Source of the DNA: Aplysia californica
Taxonomy: Eukaryota
Assembly (NCBI RefSeq): GCF_000002075.1
Contig: NW_004797684.1
Location: 278,792-342,791, forward strand
Reading direction: 5' to 3'
Length of the DNA stretch: 64,000 bases
Shown here: positions 53,801 through 56,800 of the stretch, one piece after another
How the letters are laid out: each line of letters begins with the position of its first letter
Numbering within the stretch: position 1 is the stretch's first letter
The notes under the pieces: model-generated
The model's input: the letters and a program-made list of their open reading frames with translations, nothing else
Told to the model about the DNA's origin: nothing
The model's database searches: none
Made by a program: the position numbers and the translations under genes

Positions 53801-56800
53801 TCGTGTATGTGGCACAGGATACACACACACCCACACACAGAAGAGAGAGAGATAGAGAAGAAGAATTACTTAGAAGCAAATATATATGATTAAATAGGGT
53901 ACATCTAGAGTCCCACATATTCTGTGACGTCAGTGGCTTAGTGGTTAGGCTACCGGACATGTAATCGTGAGGTTGCGGGGTCGGGGGTTCGAGCCGCGGG
54001 CCCGATGTTGTGTCCTAGGGAAAGACACTTTACACGAATTTTCCTCGCTTCACCCAGGTGGAAATGGGTACCCGGCCATAGACAGCGAAAGATCTTGTGA
54101 GTATGTTAGTGCTTTAGCACCTATAAATGGCTGCTTGCACTGTATGCTTCCCAGGAAGTTGAGTTTCTTTCAGAATGCTCTCAGGTCTGCTGGGGTAATA
54201 GTATAGATTGTGAAGCGCAAAGAGCTTGCTGTCGAGCGGGGATTTGCGTTATACAAATTCTATCTGTTATTATAATTATTATTCTCACTATTGCAGACTG
54301 CAGATCCGGACCACAACCTGGTCAACACCCTGTGCAAGTGTAACTCCTTCATCGACTACATTGACACAGTTCTCATCGACGAACGGCGCTCGCTCAACAA
54401 TGACATCATCTACCAGTTCTTTCGCAACTTTTTCCCAAGGGTAAGTCCTCAAAGTTTTCTGGAGGGAACCACTGGTAGGTCTTACTTCTTTACTCTCTCT
54501 CTGTTGTTTCTGTCTATCTGTCTTACTTTTTCCCAAAACAAAATGATCATTATTGTGTCGATGTGCTTCTCTTTACTCAAACTCTTTATGTGATCATAAT
54601 TTTGGGTTACAAGCTTTTTATTCCTTTTTTATTTCATAATTTTGTAACATGAAACCTATGTTGGTTACTTTTATAATAAATGTTTTGTGCTTGACTAGAT
54701 TTCATTTGTTTGAAATGCTTTTTTCTTCTGAAATTTTACATTATTCCTACACTATCAGTCTGTCGATTTTACATTCTGCCACCCATCAATATGTCCTATC
54801 CTTAACAATTCCATTCATTTGTGGACTCATTATGTTCAACTCAGCTGCCGTTTTTCACTGCTCACGATATGACATCATCATCATCATTGCTTTACAGCAG
54901 AAAAAAAAAAAAAATACTGGAGATTTGAATGCAGTTGGGTATATTCAGTTAAAAGTTTGATGTTTCATCAACTCTGGCTTCATCAGGAACATAATAAATA
55001 AGGAAAAAAGACCCCGCTGTAGCAGCAAAGTGCTCACTATTTCATGTTTCGTTACGTGAGTTATCGTCATCTTCCTTGTTCGGTAGATTTTAAAAACAGA
55101 CGAAGACAAGGATGTACCTTTGAAAGTGAAATTAGTAGTATAAAGGAAGAAAACATTCTTATTTCTATGTCTAATGTTAGATAAAGTTTCAACAAATTTA
55201 TGGAAGATGAATAAGACGTTTCACCCATAGGGCTCTTCGTAGGAAAAAGATAATCATCATCATCATCCTGCATTCTCTGTGTAGGTCCATGAGCATGTGA
55301 TCACTGACGGCGGTCAGAGTCTGGTCATGAACCTAGTGGCCTCCATACAGGCCGAGGCTGACGCCCTCAGGACCAACATGGCTGACAGAGACGTGATGCC
55401 CGTCCTCAACAGGCTTTTGGGGGTGAGTGGATTCTTTTTTTGTTGTTGTTGGTGTTGTTATTGTCAAGAGAGAGGTGTTGTGGCAAACATCAAGGCAAGC
55501 TCAGGAAGAGATTGCTTGGAAATTTTTTAATGAGTTAAAGGCACATTTTGTTGTATGATGGTTCTCAGCTGAATAGTTTTAAGTTATTTGGGAAGATTAA
55601 TTTTGATGTTGAACCTAAGATTCTTGTTATATGAAACTTGCTGGGGCCATTCTTTTGTCTGTTTTGCTCAACCCACAGAAATTTTGTTTGAGAATATTTT
55701 TTTTTACTTGATCGAGAGAGAGATGGCCAACTATGTTTTATATGACAACTTTTTTGTCTCTGGATTTTCTTTTTAATCAATGAAATTTTTAGTTATTGTC
55801 ATAATTTTTCTTTGTGTTGTGTTTACAAGGATCTGTGGGCCTTCCTGTTAAAGTCTTAAGTACATAGTCTAATGGCAGTAGTTTATGTTACAATTTTTTT
55901 TCCTTGGAGACTTTTCATATTTGATACTACAGGTGATGTTGAGACATGGTAGAAATGCGGCTATGTCGTTTTTTTCGTAGCTTTAAATGATGATTGTGTA
56001 TTAAAGATGCCATTTCCTTTAGATGCAGTTCAACGCTAACCATTGAATGAACACCTAGAAGTCAGTTATACCCCCGGGGGCGGTGCTGCTAACTGAAGTG
56101 TCTTTAGGCCTTTCCCAAAGGGGGTACATTAACATGTTCTTGTGCACAGTTAAATTGTAAAATGTCATGCTCATAACTGTACCTGAACTGCAACAGGGGA
56201 CGGCTGCTTTTTCTTTCCTAATCGCTACCATCGTCATTTTCCTCTACTTCTTTTGTATGTTTATCACACTCTGTGACCCGCTATTTCCGGGGTGCCTTGA
56301 TAGTCGAAGCAGACTTTGTGCTGTTGAAGCTAGAGAGGTGAGCAGAGTAAGCCTGATTCCCTTTAAGGACTTTTCTGTTGACATCCTCCCTTTGGCGCTC
56401 ATGTGACCTTATGCAGTTGCGAGGGCCGTAAAACCTCTACTAAAATAAACGAAGTCAGTTACAATTTGTTTGATTCATTTGCATGATTGTTGCTGCTTCG
56501 GCCTGTCTATATGGCAAAAAGTTTTTTATCAGCTGTGTTTTGTCGCTGTATAAAGTATTTCTGATATCTGGGAAGGCAGGTAGGTAGGTGCTACGCGGGT
56601 CACTAAGTTCAGAGCAGGTAAAGAGATTGTGTTATACTGTTTCATCCTGGCAGTCACGCAACGGGCAGTTAGGTGGGGTATCCTTGCGGATCCTATTTAG
56701 GTTGGAATTCAGTGGGATTAGCTGTGTTCGCAGGCGAAAAATAGTGACTTGTTCTCTTCTACTGAGGGAATTTAGTACGTCTTTTGAGTTGGGAGCAGTC

